A stretch of DNA of 64,000 bases. It comes from an uncultured Gammaproteobacteria bacterium. Lineage in GTDB: Bacteria; Pseudomonadota; Gammaproteobacteria; JASBUN01. The notes below the pieces were generated by a model, which saw only the letters and a program-made list of their open reading frames with translations, did not search any database and was not told where the DNA came from. How positions within the stretch are numbered: position 1 is the stretch's first letter; every line of letters starts with the position of its first letter. A program made the translations under genes and the position numbers. The stretch spans positions 19,416 to 83,415 of the forward strand of contig CAWKIK010000002.1 of assembly GCA_963849825.1 (NCBI GenBank), given 5' to 3'. Of this stretch, positions 1-10,843 are shown piece by piece.

Positions 1-72
1 GCATGTCGGCGCTGATGCGCTGGCTCCGCTTGTATTTTCCCAATTGAACAGGTGTGCGCTGGGGGCTTACCG

Positions 73-783
73 ATGCGACAGATCGTACTCGATACCGAAA
101 CCACCGGTCTGGAAACCGCCGAAGGTCACCGTATTATTGAAATCGGTTGTGTCGAGCTGTTGAATCGCCGTCGAACCGGCAACGATTACCACCAATACTT
201 GCAGCCGGACCGGGCCATCGACGCCGGGGCCGTCGAGGTGCACGGCATCAAGGACGAATTTCTACGCGACAAGCCTCGGTTCTGCGATGTTGCCGAAGAT
301 TTTCTGTCCTACATCCGCGGCGCGCAGCTGGTGATACACAATGCCGCATTCGACGTCGGCTTCATCGACCACGAACTGAAGCGGCTGGGGGCGAAATGGG
401 GCGCGGTAGCGGGAGTTTGTACCGTGTTGGACACCCTTGCCCTGGCGCGACAGATGCATCCGGGGCAGAAGAACAGTCTCGACGCGCTTTGCAAACGTTA
501 TCAGATCGACAATACCCAACGTGTCAAACACGGCGCCTTGCTCGACGCTGAGATTCTGGCCGATGTGTATCTGGCGCTCACGGGCGGGCAGGTGACGCTT
601 TCCCTGGGCGGCGCGGAGCTGGGTTCCAAAACCCATAGCGAAAGCATTCGCCGTCTGCGGACGGATCGGCCCCGGTTGGCGGTGATCGCCGCCAGCCCGG
701 AAGAATTGGAGGCCCATGCGGCGCGTCTGCAGTGGATCGAAAAAGTTAGCGGGACCTGCGTGTGGCTGCAGAAGCCGGAGTGA
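73..783 (+). CDS. dnaQ: DNA polymerase III epsilon subunit (3'-5' proofreading exonuclease)
   Basis: Translation is collinear with E. coli DnaQ: IVLDTETTG exo I motif, HNAAFD exo II motif, HGALLDA exo III motif. The first in-frame ATG lies inside the tool ORF 52-783. Confidence 0.93.
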   Translation: MRQIVLDTETTGLETAEGHRIIEIGCVELLNRRRTGNDYHQYLQPDRAIDAGAVEVHGIKDEFLRDKPRFCDVAEDFLSYIRGAQLVIHNAAFDVGFIDHELKRLGAKWGAVAGVCTVLDTLALARQMHPGQKNSLDALCKRYQIDNTQRVKHGALLDAEILADVYLALTGGQVTLSLGGAELGSKTHSESIRRLRTDRPRLAVIAASPEELEAHAARLQWIEKVSGTCVWLQKPE

Positions 784-788
784 AGCGA

Positions 789-1136
789 TCAGTCCTGCGG
801 TGGTTGCGGCGCGGCCGCACGATCCGGCCGCTGACCGGTTACGTCGATCGCTTGCAGGCGCAGGTGCAATGCAGCCTGTGAAAGCAGGTGTGCGCTGACG
901 GGCGCCGTGATGAATAGAAAAATGGTCACCAGCACTTCGTGTACGCTGACGGCCCCGGTCTGGCTGAAATGAATCGATGAGGCCAGCAGTATGGCGCCGA
1001 CGCCCAGGGTCGTGGCCTTAGTCGGGCCGTGCAGACGGGTGAAGAAGTCCGGCATGCGCCAAAGCCCGATCGAGCCGATCAGTGCGAAAGCCGCTCCCAC
1101 CAGAATCAAAACGGTACTCAAGATTTCCGCGACCAT
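789..1136 (-). CDS. mrpG: Na+/H+ antiporter subunit G (MrpG/MnhG/PhaG)
   Basis: 115-aa small membrane protein with MnhG-like TM pattern. Last gene of the mrp operon, ending 5 bp from the convergent dnaQ stop. Confidence 0.85.
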   Translation of the reverse strand: MVAEILSTVLILVGAAFALIGSIGLWRMPDFFTRLHGPTKATTLGVGAILLASSIHFSQTGAVSVHEVLVTIFLFITAPVSAHLLSQAALHLRLQAIDVTGQRPDRAAAPQPPQD

Positions 1137-1146
1137 ATCCGCTCCT

Positions 1147-1416
1147 CTATTCGATAATGTCGCCGCGCAATACGAACTTGCACAGGGCGATGGTGCTGAC
1201 GAAACCCATCATGGCAATCAATAGAGCGCCTTCGAAATATATTCGGGTGTTCAAATGGATGCCAAGCAGCACCAGCAACGCAATGCTGTTGATATAAAGC
1301 GTATCGAGCGCCACGATTCGATCCGGCGCGCTCGGACCGCGCAAAAGGCGTATCAGATTCAACACCATGGCGGTGCTGATTGCAGCAAATGCAATTGCGA
1401 TGGCGACACTCAACAT
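1147..1416 (-). CDS. mrpF: Na+/H+ antiporter subunit F (MrpF/MnhF)
   Basis: 89-aa, three-TM protein typical of MrpF. Lies in operon between mrpE and mrpG. Confidence 0.85.
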   Translation of the reverse strand: MLSVAIAIAFAAISTAMVLNLIRLLRGPSAPDRIVALDTLYINSIALLVLLGIHLNTRIYFEGALLIAMMGFVSTIALCKFVLRGDIIE

Positions 1417-1898
1417 GGGAAAACCTCCAGCAATGGCGCTTCATATCGTTGCTTGATGTTTGCAATCAGCTTTTGCGCATCATCGATATCGAGGCTGTGT
1501 ACTGTCAGCTGACGACGGTCGCGAGAAAGTTCCGCCGATACGGTGCCGGGCGTCAGTGAAATGAAGCTGGTCAACATCGTGATCGCGACCGGATCGGTCA
1601 ATTGCAGGGGAACGCGAATGAAGCCGGGGCGCAGTGACGCACGTGGTCCGAGGATGCGTTTCGCCGCCTGGAAATTCGCTGTGACGATATCAATCAGTAC
1701 TCGGCCGAACAGCAACAGCAGCCGCGCGGGACGACGCACGCTGGATCGATAGGGCCAGAAATTATGACTGTAGTGCGGAAGCGCGATCGCCAGGACGGCG
1801 CCCAACAGCATTGCACCGATTCCGACTGAGTTGGTGATCAGCAACCAGAATACCCAGAGTACGAGACTGAACAGTGGATGCGGGAACCAGCGTTTCAT
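1410..1898 (-). CDS. mrpE: Na+/H+ antiporter subunit E (MrpE/MnhE)
   Basis: MKRWFPHPLFSLVLWVFWLL... MnhE-like sequence. Start placed at the internal Met (aa 75 of tool ORF 1410-2120), giving a 4-nt overlap with the mrpD stop. The upstream part of the tool ORF is Arg-rich and unlikely to be real. Confidence 0.8.
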   Translation of the reverse strand: MKRWFPHPLFSLVLWVFWLLITNSVGIGAMLLGAVLAIALPHYSHNFWPYRSSVRRPARLLLLFGRVLIDIVTANFQAAKRILGPRASLRPGFIRVPLQLTDPVAITMLTSFISLTPGTVSAELSRDRRQLTVHSLDIDDAQKLIANIKQRYEAPLLEVFPC

Positions 1899-3427
1899 CG
1901 CCGCACGCCCCCGGAAGTTGGCACCTGATTTGCCAGTACCGCTTCGATGTAGCCGTGCGGACTGAGCACCTGGCGTGCGGTATCGGCCATGAACTGAACC
2001 ACCGGCCCCGCCCAGACGCTCAAGGCGATGCTGATGGCCAGCAGGCCTGCGCACGGCAGCGCGGCGAGAAAGCGCGCGCTGTGTGGATGCTCTGCGGGTT
2101 CGGGCGGCATGGTTTTCCAAAACAAAGCGCTGCCGGCGCGACTGAAAGCGAACAGAGTCAACACACTGCTCAACAGTACCGCGGTCCAGATCGGCCCTAG
2201 ATGCGTATTGTGATACGCAGCTTGGAGCAACAGCAGTTTGCCGATGAAACCGGAAAACGGTGGCATTCCGACGATCGCGGTGCCTGCCAGGATGAACAGG
2301 ATACCGAGGAGCGCAGGCTGGGCGACAGCGACCCCGTAGTCAAACCGGTCGCCGTGGCCGGGGCGCTGCTGCGCCACCAGGTCGGCGAGCAAGAACAAGG
2401 CGGCCAACACCAACGTGCTCTGAGCCAGATAATAGAGCCCGGCGCCGACGCCAGGCACCGTGAACATGCCGAACGCGCTGAGAATGACGCCAACGGACAC
2501 CACCACCGAATATGCGGCGACACGGCGAACGCTCTGGCCGGTGAGCACGCCAAGACTTGCGAGTGACAGGGTCACGAGCGCCGTGGGCAATAGCCAGGGC
2601 TCGATCAAGTTGGCGCCCGGGCCGGCGTGTGTGCCAAAGGCCAGCGTGTAGACACGCAGGATGGCGTATGCGCCGACTTTGGTCATGATCGCGAACAGCG
2701 CCGCTACCGGCGCACTTGCGGCGGAGTAGGCGTTCGGCAGCCAGAAATACAGCGGCAGTAACGCAGCCTTGGCAGCGAATACCACGAACAACAGCATGCC
2801 GCCGATTCGCACCAACCCTGCGCGTTGCGGATCCACTGCTGCGACTCGCTGGGCGATATCGGCGAGATTGAGTGAGCCCAGCGCGGCATACAGTAATCCG
2901 GCGGCGATCAAAAACAACGCCGATGCGCCAAGATTGAAGACCACGTAATGAAGCCCGGCTCGCAGGCGGGGCGAGCCGCCGCCATGCAGGAGTAAGGTGT
3001 AGGAAGCGATCAGCAGTACTTCGAAAAACACGAACAGATTGAACAGGTCGCCGGTCAGAAATGCGCCGTTCAGACCCATTAGCTGAAGTTGGAACAGGAC
3101 ATGAAAATTGCGGCCGCGATCGTCGGTGCCCAACGCCGCGTACATCAAGCTGAAAAACGCCACCAAGGCCGTGAGCGTCACCATCAACGCGCTCAGTCGG
3201 TCGAGCACCAGGACGATTCCGAACGGTGCCGGCCAAGCACCCAATTCATAAACGCGATACGCGCCGTCATTGGTGAGCATCAACAGACCGAGACTCACGC
3301 CCAGTAGCATCAGCGTCGAGGCCCCTGCAATGATCCGCTGGCGGGTGCGCGCGCCGCGGCTCACGAACAGCAACGCCAGCGCCGTGGACAGGGGAAGTAC
3401 GATGGGCGCGATCAGCCAATGATTCAC
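1895..3427 (-). CDS. mrpD: Na+/H+ antiporter subunit D (MrpD/MnhD, NuoM/N-like)
   Basis: 510-aa polytopic protein of the NuoL/M/N proton-pumping family. Position in operon after mrpC. Confidence 0.9.
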   Translation of the reverse strand: MNHWLIAPIVLPLSTALALLFVSRGARTRQRIIAGASTLMLLGVSLGLLMLTNDGAYRVYELGAWPAPFGIVLVLDRLSALMVTLTALVAFFSLMYAALGTDDRGRNFHVLFQLQLMGLNGAFLTGDLFNLFVFFEVLLIASYTLLLHGGGSPRLRAGLHYVVFNLGASALFLIAAGLLYAALGSLNLADIAQRVAAVDPQRAGLVRIGGMLLFVVFAAKAALLPLYFWLPNAYSAASAPVAALFAIMTKVGAYAILRVYTLAFGTHAGPGANLIEPWLLPTALVTLSLASLGVLTGQSVRRVAAYSVVVSVGVILSAFGMFTVPGVGAGLYYLAQSTLVLAALFLLADLVAQQRPGHGDRFDYGVAVAQPALLGILFILAGTAIVGMPPFSGFIGKLLLLQAAYHNTHLGPIWTAVLLSSVLTLFAFSRAGSALFWKTMPPEPAEHPHSARFLAALPCAGLLAISIALSVWAGPVVQFMADTARQVLSPHGYIEAVLANQVPTSGGVRR

Positions 3428-3768
3428 GGTTCGTCCCGGGGCGGCGGTTCAACGCCGTCGACGTGATCGGTACCCAGCACGTGACGGGTGCGCAGCGCCA
3501 GAACCAATACGAACGCGGTCATCGCGAAACCGATCACGATGGCGGTCAGTACCAATGCCTGGGGCAGCGGGTCGGTATAAGCGCTTGTATGCGCGTCGAT
3601 CAGGGGCGGTTGATTGAGCCGCAGGCCGCCGCTTGCGAACAGCAACAAATTGACTGCGTAGGACAACAGTGTCAGCCCGAGCACCACGGAAAATGTACGC
3701 GCCCGAAGCGTGAGATAAATACCGCAGGCGCCGAGCATTCCGATTGCGCTGGCGATCAGGAACTCCAT
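3424..3768 (-). CDS. mrpC: Na+/H+ antiporter subunit C (MrpC/MnhC, NuoK-like)
   Basis: 114-aa NuoK-like three-TM protein with a 4-nt overlap with the mrpD start. Confidence 0.88.
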   Translation of the reverse strand: MEFLIASAIGMLGACGIYLTLRARTFSVVLGLTLLSYAVNLLLFASGGLRLNQPPLIDAHTSAYTDPLPQALVLTAIVIGFAMTAFVLVLALRTRHVLGTDHVDGVEPPPRDEP

Positions 3769-6566
3769 GTTGGCTCCCCGGCTTGTTGCGGACCGCTGAC
3801 GCGGCCGAGTCTTGCCAGAATCAGCATCACCGAACCGATAACCGTCAGAAAGACTCCGATATCGAAAGCCATGGCGCTGGCCAGCTCGATATCACCGACC
3901 AAAGGCAGCGTGAAATGACCGAAACTGCTGGTGAGAAACGGAGCGCCGAACAAGAGGCTCGCTAAACCGGTTCCAGTGGCCAGCGTCAGGCCGAGGGCGA
4001 TGATCGTGCGTTGCCCTGCGTGAAGGCGATCGCGCGCCCACGTGGCGCCGCTGGCGAGATACTGAAGAATCAGGGCGATTGACGTGACCAACCCAGCGAT
4101 GAAACCGCCGCCCGGGGCGTTGTGGCCGCGCAGCAGTACGAACACTGAGACCATCAACGCCAACGGCAGCAGCAGCCGGGACAGTACCTGCAGCACGAGT
4201 GGGTGAGGGTCCTGCGACCAGCGCTCGTCTGCATCGTCGCCATGTGGGCGGTCCATATAAAGACTGCCGAGCAACGCGAAAATACCGAGAGCGGCAATCG
4301 CGAGCACCGTGCTTTCGCCAAGGGTGTCAAAGCCGCGGAAGTCCACCAGAATGACATTGACCACGTTGCGTCCGCCGGCTTCGCCGACGCTGTGTCGTAG
4401 ATAGAAATCGGAAATGCTTTTTCCTGGCGCCAGCATCGCGTCCCAGGCCAGCAGGGCCATGCCCAGCCCGCCGCACAATGCCAATACTGCATCCCGGCCG
4501 CGCCGCAAGAGGCTGCTTTCCGCTGGCGATTGCTGCGGCAGAAAGTACAGGGCCAGCAACATCAGGATGATGGTAGCGATTTCCACGGATAACTGCGTCA
4601 ATGCAAGGTCAGGCGCCGAAAGCCGGGCGAAAGTCAGCGATACCACCAAACCGATGACGCCCATGGCGATCAACGCGAACAAACGCTGTCGATGAAACAA
4701 AACCACGACGATGCTGGTGAGCATCAGGCAACCCCAGGCCACTACCGCGACCGGGTCGAGCGTCGTAGGCGCTGCGAATCGGAGGACCGGAAGTCCGGTT
4801 TGATTTCGCATCCACTGTGCGCCGGCCAATGCCAACGCCGAGCCGGCCAATAATGCGAGGTAACGCTGCAACGAACCATTTTCCAAAAGTTCAGTCAGCT
4901 TGTGGGCGAAGTTCAGCAGGTGTCGCAGCGCCCAGTCGAAGGCGGCTCTGCCGCTCAAGGGAGGAAGCACTTCCTCGAAGATATAGAACATCCATCTCCG
5001 CTGAGTATAAAGCGCGACACCGGCAACCAGCGCGATGGTGCTCATGAGCAGAGGCAGACTGAATCCGTGCCAGATGTTCAAGCTATAATTCGGCAGGGTG
5101 ACGCCGACCACGCTCGAGGCCGCGACTTGCAGTAGCGCGCCGATGGTGAAGCCGGGCAGGGTGCCCACCAGCAGACAGACCGTGACCAGTACCTCCACCG
5201 GCACTTTCATGTAGCGCGGTGGTTCGTGGGGCGAGCGCGGCAGGTCGATCGGCTCTCCGTTGAAAAACACATCGTGGATGAAGCGCACGGAATAGGTGAC
5301 CGAAAACACCCCGGCCAGGGTCGCCAACAACGGCAAAAGCCAGCCCCATTCGCCCAGCGGCGCCAGGGCAACCGCTTCCGAAAAGAACATCTCCTTGGAT
5401 AGGAAGCCGTTCAGCAACGGCACACCCGCCATGGCGGACGCGGCAATGATTGCCAATGCGGCCGTGTGCGGCATGTATTTCCACAGCCCGTTGATGCGGC
5501 GCATGTCGCGGGTGCCCGTTTCATGGTCGATGATGCCCGCGGCCATGAACAGCGAAGCCTTGAACGTGGCGTGGTTGATGATATGGAACACGCCGGCCAC
5601 GGCGGCCAGCGGCGTGCCCATGCCGAACAATAAGGTGATTAGCCCCAAGTGGCTGATGGTGGAATAGGCGAGCAGGCCTTTCAGGTCATGCTGGAAAAGC
5701 GCCGTGTAGGCGGCGAACAGCAACGTGATCATCCCCACCCCACCCACCAGGTAGAGCCACCACTCGGTGCCCGCAAGCGCCGGAAACAACCGCGCCAACA
5801 GAAACACGCCCAGCTTCACCATGGTGGCCGAATGCAGGTACGCGCTGACCGGCGTCGGCGCCGCCATTGCGTGGGGCAACCAGAAATGGAAAGGGAATTG
5901 CGCGGACTTGGTGAACGCGCCGATCAGGATCAGCACCAGTGCCAGCGGATAGCGGGGATCGGCCTGAATCTGGGCACCGCGTTCGAGAACGGAAGCCAGG
6001 TCATAACTGCCTGCCATCTGTCCGAGGATCAGCAGGCCGGCGAGCAACGCCAGTCCGCCGCTGCCGGTGACCGCCAACGCCATACGCGCCCCTTGGCGGG
6101 CATCGGCTCGGTGTTTCCAGTAACCGATCAGCAGAAACGAGCTCAAGCTGGTCAGTTCCCAGAACACCAGCATCAGCAGGATATTGCCCGCTAGCACTAC
6201 GCCTAGCATCGAACCCATGAACAGCAGCAGCAGGGCATAGAAACGGCCCATGGGATCATCCGGCGACAGATAATAGCGCGCGTACAGAATCACCAGCAGA
6301 CCGATGCCGAGAATCAACAACGCGAACAGCAGGCTCAGCCCGTCCAGGCGAAACGACAGCTGCAATCCGGCTTGCGGCAACCAATCCCAGACATCGGAGA
6401 CGACGTGGCCGGCAAAGACCGTGGGCGCCTGGAACAGCAGCACGGTCAGGGCGAGTGCCGCCACGGCGCCCGCCGTCCACGCGCTCTGGTTACGGCCGAG
6501 ACGAATTGAAAGCGCGGGCAACCCGGCGCCTACTAAGGGAATCAGCGGAATCAGCAGCAGGTTCAT
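3756..6566 (-). CDS. mrpA: Na+/H+ antiporter fused subunit A/B (MrpA-MrpB fusion, PhaAB type)
   Basis: 936-aa protein with a NuoL-like N-terminal two thirds plus a C-terminal MrpB-like extension. First gene of the operon, transcribed divergently from gltX. Confidence 0.9.
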   Translation of the reverse strand: MNLLLIPLIPLVGAGLPALSIRLGRNQSAWTAGAVAALALTVLLFQAPTVFAGHVVSDVWDWLPQAGLQLSFRLDGLSLLFALLILGIGLLVILYARYYLSPDDPMGRFYALLLLFMGSMLGVVLAGNILLMLVFWELTSLSSFLLIGYWKHRADARQGARMALAVTGSGGLALLAGLLILGQMAGSYDLASVLERGAQIQADPRYPLALVLILIGAFTKSAQFPFHFWLPHAMAAPTPVSAYLHSATMVKLGVFLLARLFPALAGTEWWLYLVGGVGMITLLFAAYTALFQHDLKGLLAYSTISHLGLITLLFGMGTPLAAVAGVFHIINHATFKASLFMAAGIIDHETGTRDMRRINGLWKYMPHTAALAIIAASAMAGVPLLNGFLSKEMFFSEAVALAPLGEWGWLLPLLATLAGVFSVTYSVRFIHDVFFNGEPIDLPRSPHEPPRYMKVPVEVLVTVCLLVGTLPGFTIGALLQVAASSVVGVTLPNYSLNIWHGFSLPLLMSTIALVAGVALYTQRRWMFYIFEEVLPPLSGRAAFDWALRHLLNFAHKLTELLENGSLQRYLALLAGSALALAGAQWMRNQTGLPVLRFAAPTTLDPVAVVAWGCLMLTSIVVVLFHRQRLFALIAMGVIGLVVSLTFARLSAPDLALTQLSVEIATIILMLLALYFLPQQSPAESSLLRRGRDAVLALCGGLGMALLAWDAMLAPGKSISDFYLRHSVGEAGGRNVVNVILVDFRGFDTLGESTVLAIAALGIFALLGSLYMDRPHGDDADERWSQDPHPLVLQVLSRLLLPLALMVSVFVLLRGHNAPGGGFIAGLVTSIALILQYLASGATWARDRLHAGQRTIIALGLTLATGTGLASLLFGAPFLTSSFGHFTLPLVGDIELASAMAFDIGVFLTVIGSVMLILARLGRVSGPQQAGEPTWSS

Positions 6567-6787
6567 TGACGATTGGGTACCGGCTGTCGCCGCGAGTAAG
6601 GGGAATCCGCGCCGCCAGGGGCCGGCGGAAACGCAGCGGGCAGCAGGCGGTCATTGCAATTCCAGGCAAAAATACGGGCCGAAAGCCATCATAACGGCGT
6701 TGGCCAGCAGTGGCCATAGCCCGGTGGTCAACATCAGCGCTGCTTCAGGTTACAATTGGCGCCCGTTCCCAGATCCAGCCAGATTCC

Positions 6788-8200
6788 ATGACCATCAGAG
6801 CTCGTTTCGCCCCCAGTCCCACCGGTTATCTGCACATCGGCGGCGCCCGCACCGCGTTGTTTTCCTGGTTGCACGCCCGCAAGCACGGCGGGCGCTTCAT
6901 ACTGAGAATCGAAGACACGGATCTGGAGCGATCCACGGCCGAGTCCGTGAACGCGATTCTGGAGGGCATGACCTGGCTCGGGCTCGAATATGACGAAGGG
7001 CCGTTCTATCAGACCCAGCGCTTCGACCGCTATCGGGAAATCATCGCAGGCTTGCTCGATTCGGGCCATGCTTACCGTTGCTACTGTTCCAAGGAGCGCC
7101 TGGAGGTGCTGCGCGCTGAGCAGATGGCGAACAAGGAAAAACCGCGTTACGACGGCCATTGCCGGAATGCGGCGCCGCGCTCGCCCGGCGAGCCCCACGT
7201 GATCCGGTTCCGCAATCCCGCCGAAGGCACAGTAGCCGTGGACGATCTGATTCGCGGCAACGTGGTGTTCGAGAACCGCGAATTGGATGATCTGGTGATC
7301 GCCCGCAGCGACGGTTCGCCCACCTACAATCTTACGGTAGTGGTGGACGATCTCGATATGGAGATCACCCATGTCATCCGCGGCGACGACCATTTGAACA
7401 ATACGCCGCGGCAGATCAATATTCTCCGGGCCCTGGGTGCCGAGCCACCAGCCTACGCACATGTGCCGATGATTCTCGGTGCCGACGGCAAGCGCTTGTC
7501 AAAACGCCACGGCGCGGTGAGCGTGATGCAGTACCGGGAAGACGGTTATCTGCCGGAAGCGCTGCTCAACTATCTGGTCCGGTTGGGCTGGTCCCACGGC
7601 GACCGGGAAGTATTTTCCAGCCCAGAGATGATCGAATTGTTCGAGATCGCGGATGTCAACCGCGCGGCATCGACGTTCAATCCTGAAAAGCTGCTGTGGC
7701 TGAATCAGCAATACATCAAGAACAGCGATGCGGCGCACGTCGCGCACCATTTACGCTATCAGTTCGGCAAGTTGGGTATCGATCCGAGCGACGGCCCGGA
7801 CATCGTCGAAATCGTTCGTTGCCAACAGGAGCGCGCCAAGACGCTGGTGGAAATGGCGCAGAACAGCGCGTTCTTCTATCGCGATTTCGACGACTACGAT
7901 GAAAAGGCGGCGCGCAAAAATCTCAGCGCCGATATCGACGCGCCCCTGCGCGCGTTGCGCGACAGATTGGCGACGACCGAGTGGCACCGCGAAGCGATTC
8001 ATGACGCAATAACCGGTATCGCTGAGCAGTTCGAATTGAAATTGGGAAAACTCGCACAGCCCCTGCGCGTCGCCGTATGCGGTGGCACGGTGTCACCGCC
8101 GATCGACGTCACGGTATTTCTGCTGGGCCGTGAAACCACGTTGCGCCGGCTGGATCGCGGGCTCGACTACATCGCCGAGGTCGCGCGGGCGCACGCTTGA
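6788..8200 (+). CDS. gltX: glutamate--tRNA ligase
   Basis: N-terminus [25 protein letters not shown] carries the class I HIGH-type motif; KLSKRHGA (KMSKS motif) is also present. Start taken at the internal Met of tool ORF 6710-8200. Confidence 0.93.
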   Translation: MTIRARFAPSPTGYLHIGGARTALFSWLHARKHGGRFILRIEDTDLERSTAESVNAILEGMTWLGLEYDEGPFYQTQRFDRYREIIAGLLDSGHAYRCYCSKERLEVLRAEQMANKEKPRYDGHCRNAAPRSPGEPHVIRFRNPAEGTVAVDDLIRGNVVFENRELDDLVIARSDGSPTYNLTVVVDDLDMEITHVIRGDDHLNNTPRQINILRALGAEPPAYAHVPMILGADGKRLSKRHGAVSVMQYREDGYLPEALLNYLVRLGWSHGDREVFSSPEMIELFEIADVNRAASTFNPEKLLWLNQQYIKNSDAAHVAHHLRYQFGKLGIDPSDGPDIVEIVRCQQERAKTLVEMAQNSAFFYRDFDDYDEKAARKNLSADIDAPLRALRDRLATTEWHREAIHDAITGIAEQFELKLGKLAQPLRVAVCGGTVSPPIDVTVFLLGRETTLRRLDRGLDYIAEVARAHA

Positions 8201-8237
8201 CAGGTTTCGGGGCGCAGCGTAGAGTACCCGCCTTTCC

Positions 8238-8313
<76 letters not shown>

Positions 8314-8806
8314 GGTTGAAGATAAGGGTTTCAGGAACTGAGCTTTTTATGTGAGGTGATTGTTGGGTATATCTGGGTAATGAGAAAGGAAGCGGGCTTG
8401 AATTTGGTGGTGAAAATACAGTGTGGGTGGTTTAGGTATTACGTCTAGGAGCGTCTGTCAGAGATACTGATTCTCATGTAGGATGCATACATAGGAAAGA
8501 CTCGATAAGAGGGCTATCGCTTTCTGAGGTTAGTAGCTTTAATCGCATCGTGTACTTATTAGTGCTGTTGCGCAAGGCAGATCCTTGTTAAGTGTCGAGA
8601 AAAGTCCAGCGGTTGCGGGCTGTGTCTATAGGGCTATTCTTTCCACATATAAGAAGGGTAAAGATATGAAATACCTAATAAGGTTTCTGCGCTTTTAGAT
8701 GGATGCGCGACTCTACAACAGAGCAACGAGCACAAAGGTTCGTCGACACTTATGGGCCATATTGCGAGAAGACGGGAATTAGTAGATCGGACCCGCGCTT
8801 TTCAAG

Positions 8807-9340
8807 TTGCGTGCTGTGTTTGCCGAACAAGAAGCCGCAACATCGCGCTTCGGAGCAGATGAGTATGCAATTGCTGCAAATGTCTCAACCGAGAACGCTC
8901 GGCACGCAAACGACGAACTGTTACAACACGATCACTGGCGTGCAGTGCATGAGTCGCTAGGATATGAAGCGGTACGTGATCCCATGGACGCTGTTCTTCG
9001 GTTCCTTGGTAGTGGGGACCGCAATCTACAACATCGGCCTAGGGGTTGCCTGGCTTGCATCTTCACCGGGATTTACTTGAACTGCGTTTGGTGGGGTTTT
9101 AGTGCGGCGCAATTGACTACTGGAATAATCAATAACGAATACCAACCAGAGCAGCAGCTTATCGGCTCGCCGATTATGAGCTGGATAAACCCCTATCCCT
9201 CAACACCCGCTGAACTGCTGAAACGCCGCACCCCGCCTCTTTGGCTATGCGTCTGGATCCCCATTCCTTGCTTTCTAAGTTGCGCTACAAGGGCCTCTAC
9301 AGACTTATCGACCTTCGGCCTGCCTAAAACCTTCCCCTGA
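8807..9340 (+). CDS. hypothetical protein (island cargo)
   Basis: 177-aa ORF in the lower-GC island segment with no recognisable motifs. Coding status is uncertain. Confidence 0.25.
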   Translation: MRAVFAEQEAATSRFGADEYAIAANVSTENARHANDELLQHDHWRAVHESLGYEAVRDPMDAVLRFLGSGDRNLQHRPRGCLACIFTGIYLNCVWWGFSAAQLTTGIINNEYQPEQQLIGSPIMSWINPYPSTPAELLKRRTPPLWLCVWIPIPCFLSCATRASTDLSTFGLPKTFP

Positions 9341-9775
9341 GCCTTTGCTCTCTGAAGTCCGCTCCTTACGCGATCTCGAATCATCTGAACGCTCGAACTC
9401 CGCGAACACTCCCGCCATCTGAAACATGGCCTTACCGGCCGGGGTAGTTGTATCAATCCCTTGTTGATGTAAATAAAGGTCTATTCCCTTGGCATGGATC
9501 TCATCTAGGAAACCCACAAGATGCTGAAGCGACCGGCCTAACCGATCCACGGACCACGCGAGGATTACATCGAATTCCCGCCGGACAGCGCCTTTCAAGA
9601 GCTTATCTAACTGCGGGCGTTGCTCTCGTCCTTTGGAACCGCTTATACCGTGGTCCACATATTCGCCGATCACTTTCCAACCGCTCCGCTCGGCTACGTC
9701 ACGCAACTCCCGAAGTTGGTTTTCTGTGGTCTGACCGTGTGTGCTGACCCTGGCGTAAATCGCTGCCCGTTTCAT
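9193..9775 (-). pseudogene. serine recombinase (resolvase/invertase family), frameshifted
   Basis: ORF 9305-9775 carries the N-terminal catalytic domain (AIYARVSTHGQ...). The C-terminal segment IRDRVRSGLQRAKAQGKVLGRPKV and the HTH continue in a different frame (ORF 9193-9456). Confidence 0.7.
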
Positions 9776-10004
9776 GTGTCTGCCCTATACCGAAAAGAAC
9801 TGTTTTCAGTATACCGCGTCCATAGAAATGAGCAACCTGGAAATCAGTTACTTAACGTATGAAAAACTAAAGGGTATTCGGTACAAGCCGCTAAAGGGTG
9901 TGGGATATGAATTCCACACCGCCGCTGAGCGCCTCGCTCCGGTTTACTGTCATAACAATACGCTTTTCGGGCTGCCGGCAATAGGCGCCACAGGGGGAAG
10001 GGCC

Positions 10005-10811
10005 ATGTTAGGAAGTCTCAAACCGCTTATCAAAAAAACAGTCTCCAGATACAAAGTTCCGGTCTCCCTTGCTGAAAATGTTTCGCCCGTGTTCATCATT
10101 GCGTCGGGCCGCTCCGGCAACACACTGTTGCGGCGTATTCTGTGCAGCGGCCCAGAACTTTATATCCCCCCGGAAACCTACGTGTTAGGGCAGATCATCA
10201 GAAAACATCGCTCGCGCGCCAGCCTCCCGTGGTCGGAGTTGTGCCAACTGACGCTTGGCGCCTTCGCGACTAGTGAAGACTTCCACACATTCCCAAGCTC
10301 CCATCTGCACACAGTCTACGAACAACTCGTAGCAGTCCCAGCGGCGGAGCGTTCGTTGGCGCTAATAATTACCGCGTTCTATGAATACATGATGCGGCAG
10401 GCAAAACCTACGGCACTCAGGTGGGGAGACAAGACCCCGTTAAACGCCCAGAGTCTTCCCCAGATTGACGAAGCCTTTCCCATAGCGCGATACATTCACA
10501 TCATCCGCGACGGATATGACGTTGTCGCCTCCTACCTCAAGATGGGTCGATATTCCGACCCTGAGGAAGCTGCTCGCCGATGGATAGCGGCTACGGACGA
10601 TTGCCACAACTTTGCCGTCAAACATGCCAGGCGAGTAATGGAGATTCGTTACGAGGATCTATGTCGGCAACCGATTCCGACTACTCAGTCAATTTGTAGC
10701 TTTCTCGGACTCACTTACTCTTCTGACATGCTGGAGACTACGCAGCGAAACTGGACGAGCTGGGCGACATTTCGGTCAAAGCCCATTATTCGCAGGTCCG
10801 AAAGCCGATAA
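10005..10811 (+). CDS. sulfotransferase family protein (PAPS-dependent type)
   Basis: SGRSGNTLL P-loop-like 5'-phosphosulfate-binding motif near the N-terminus, plus RDGYDV and IRYEDL motifs typical of the sulfotransferase fold. Start chosen at the internal Met of ORF 9774-10811 so the PSB motif sits near the N-terminus. Confidence 0.65.
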   Translation: MLGSLKPLIKKTVSRYKVPVSLAENVSPVFIIASGRSGNTLLRRILCSGPELYIPPETYVLGQIIRKHRSRASLPWSELCQLTLGAFATSEDFHTFPSSHLHTVYEQLVAVPAAERSLALIITAFYEYMMRQAKPTALRWGDKTPLNAQSLPQIDEAFPIARYIHIIRDGYDVVASYLKMGRYSDPEEAARRWIAATDDCHNFAVKHARRVMEIRYEDLCRQPIPTTQSICSFLGLTYSSDMLETTQRNWTSWATFRSKPIIRRSESR

Positions 10812-10843
10812 GTACCGCATCAATAGGCAAAGGACGTGCGGAG

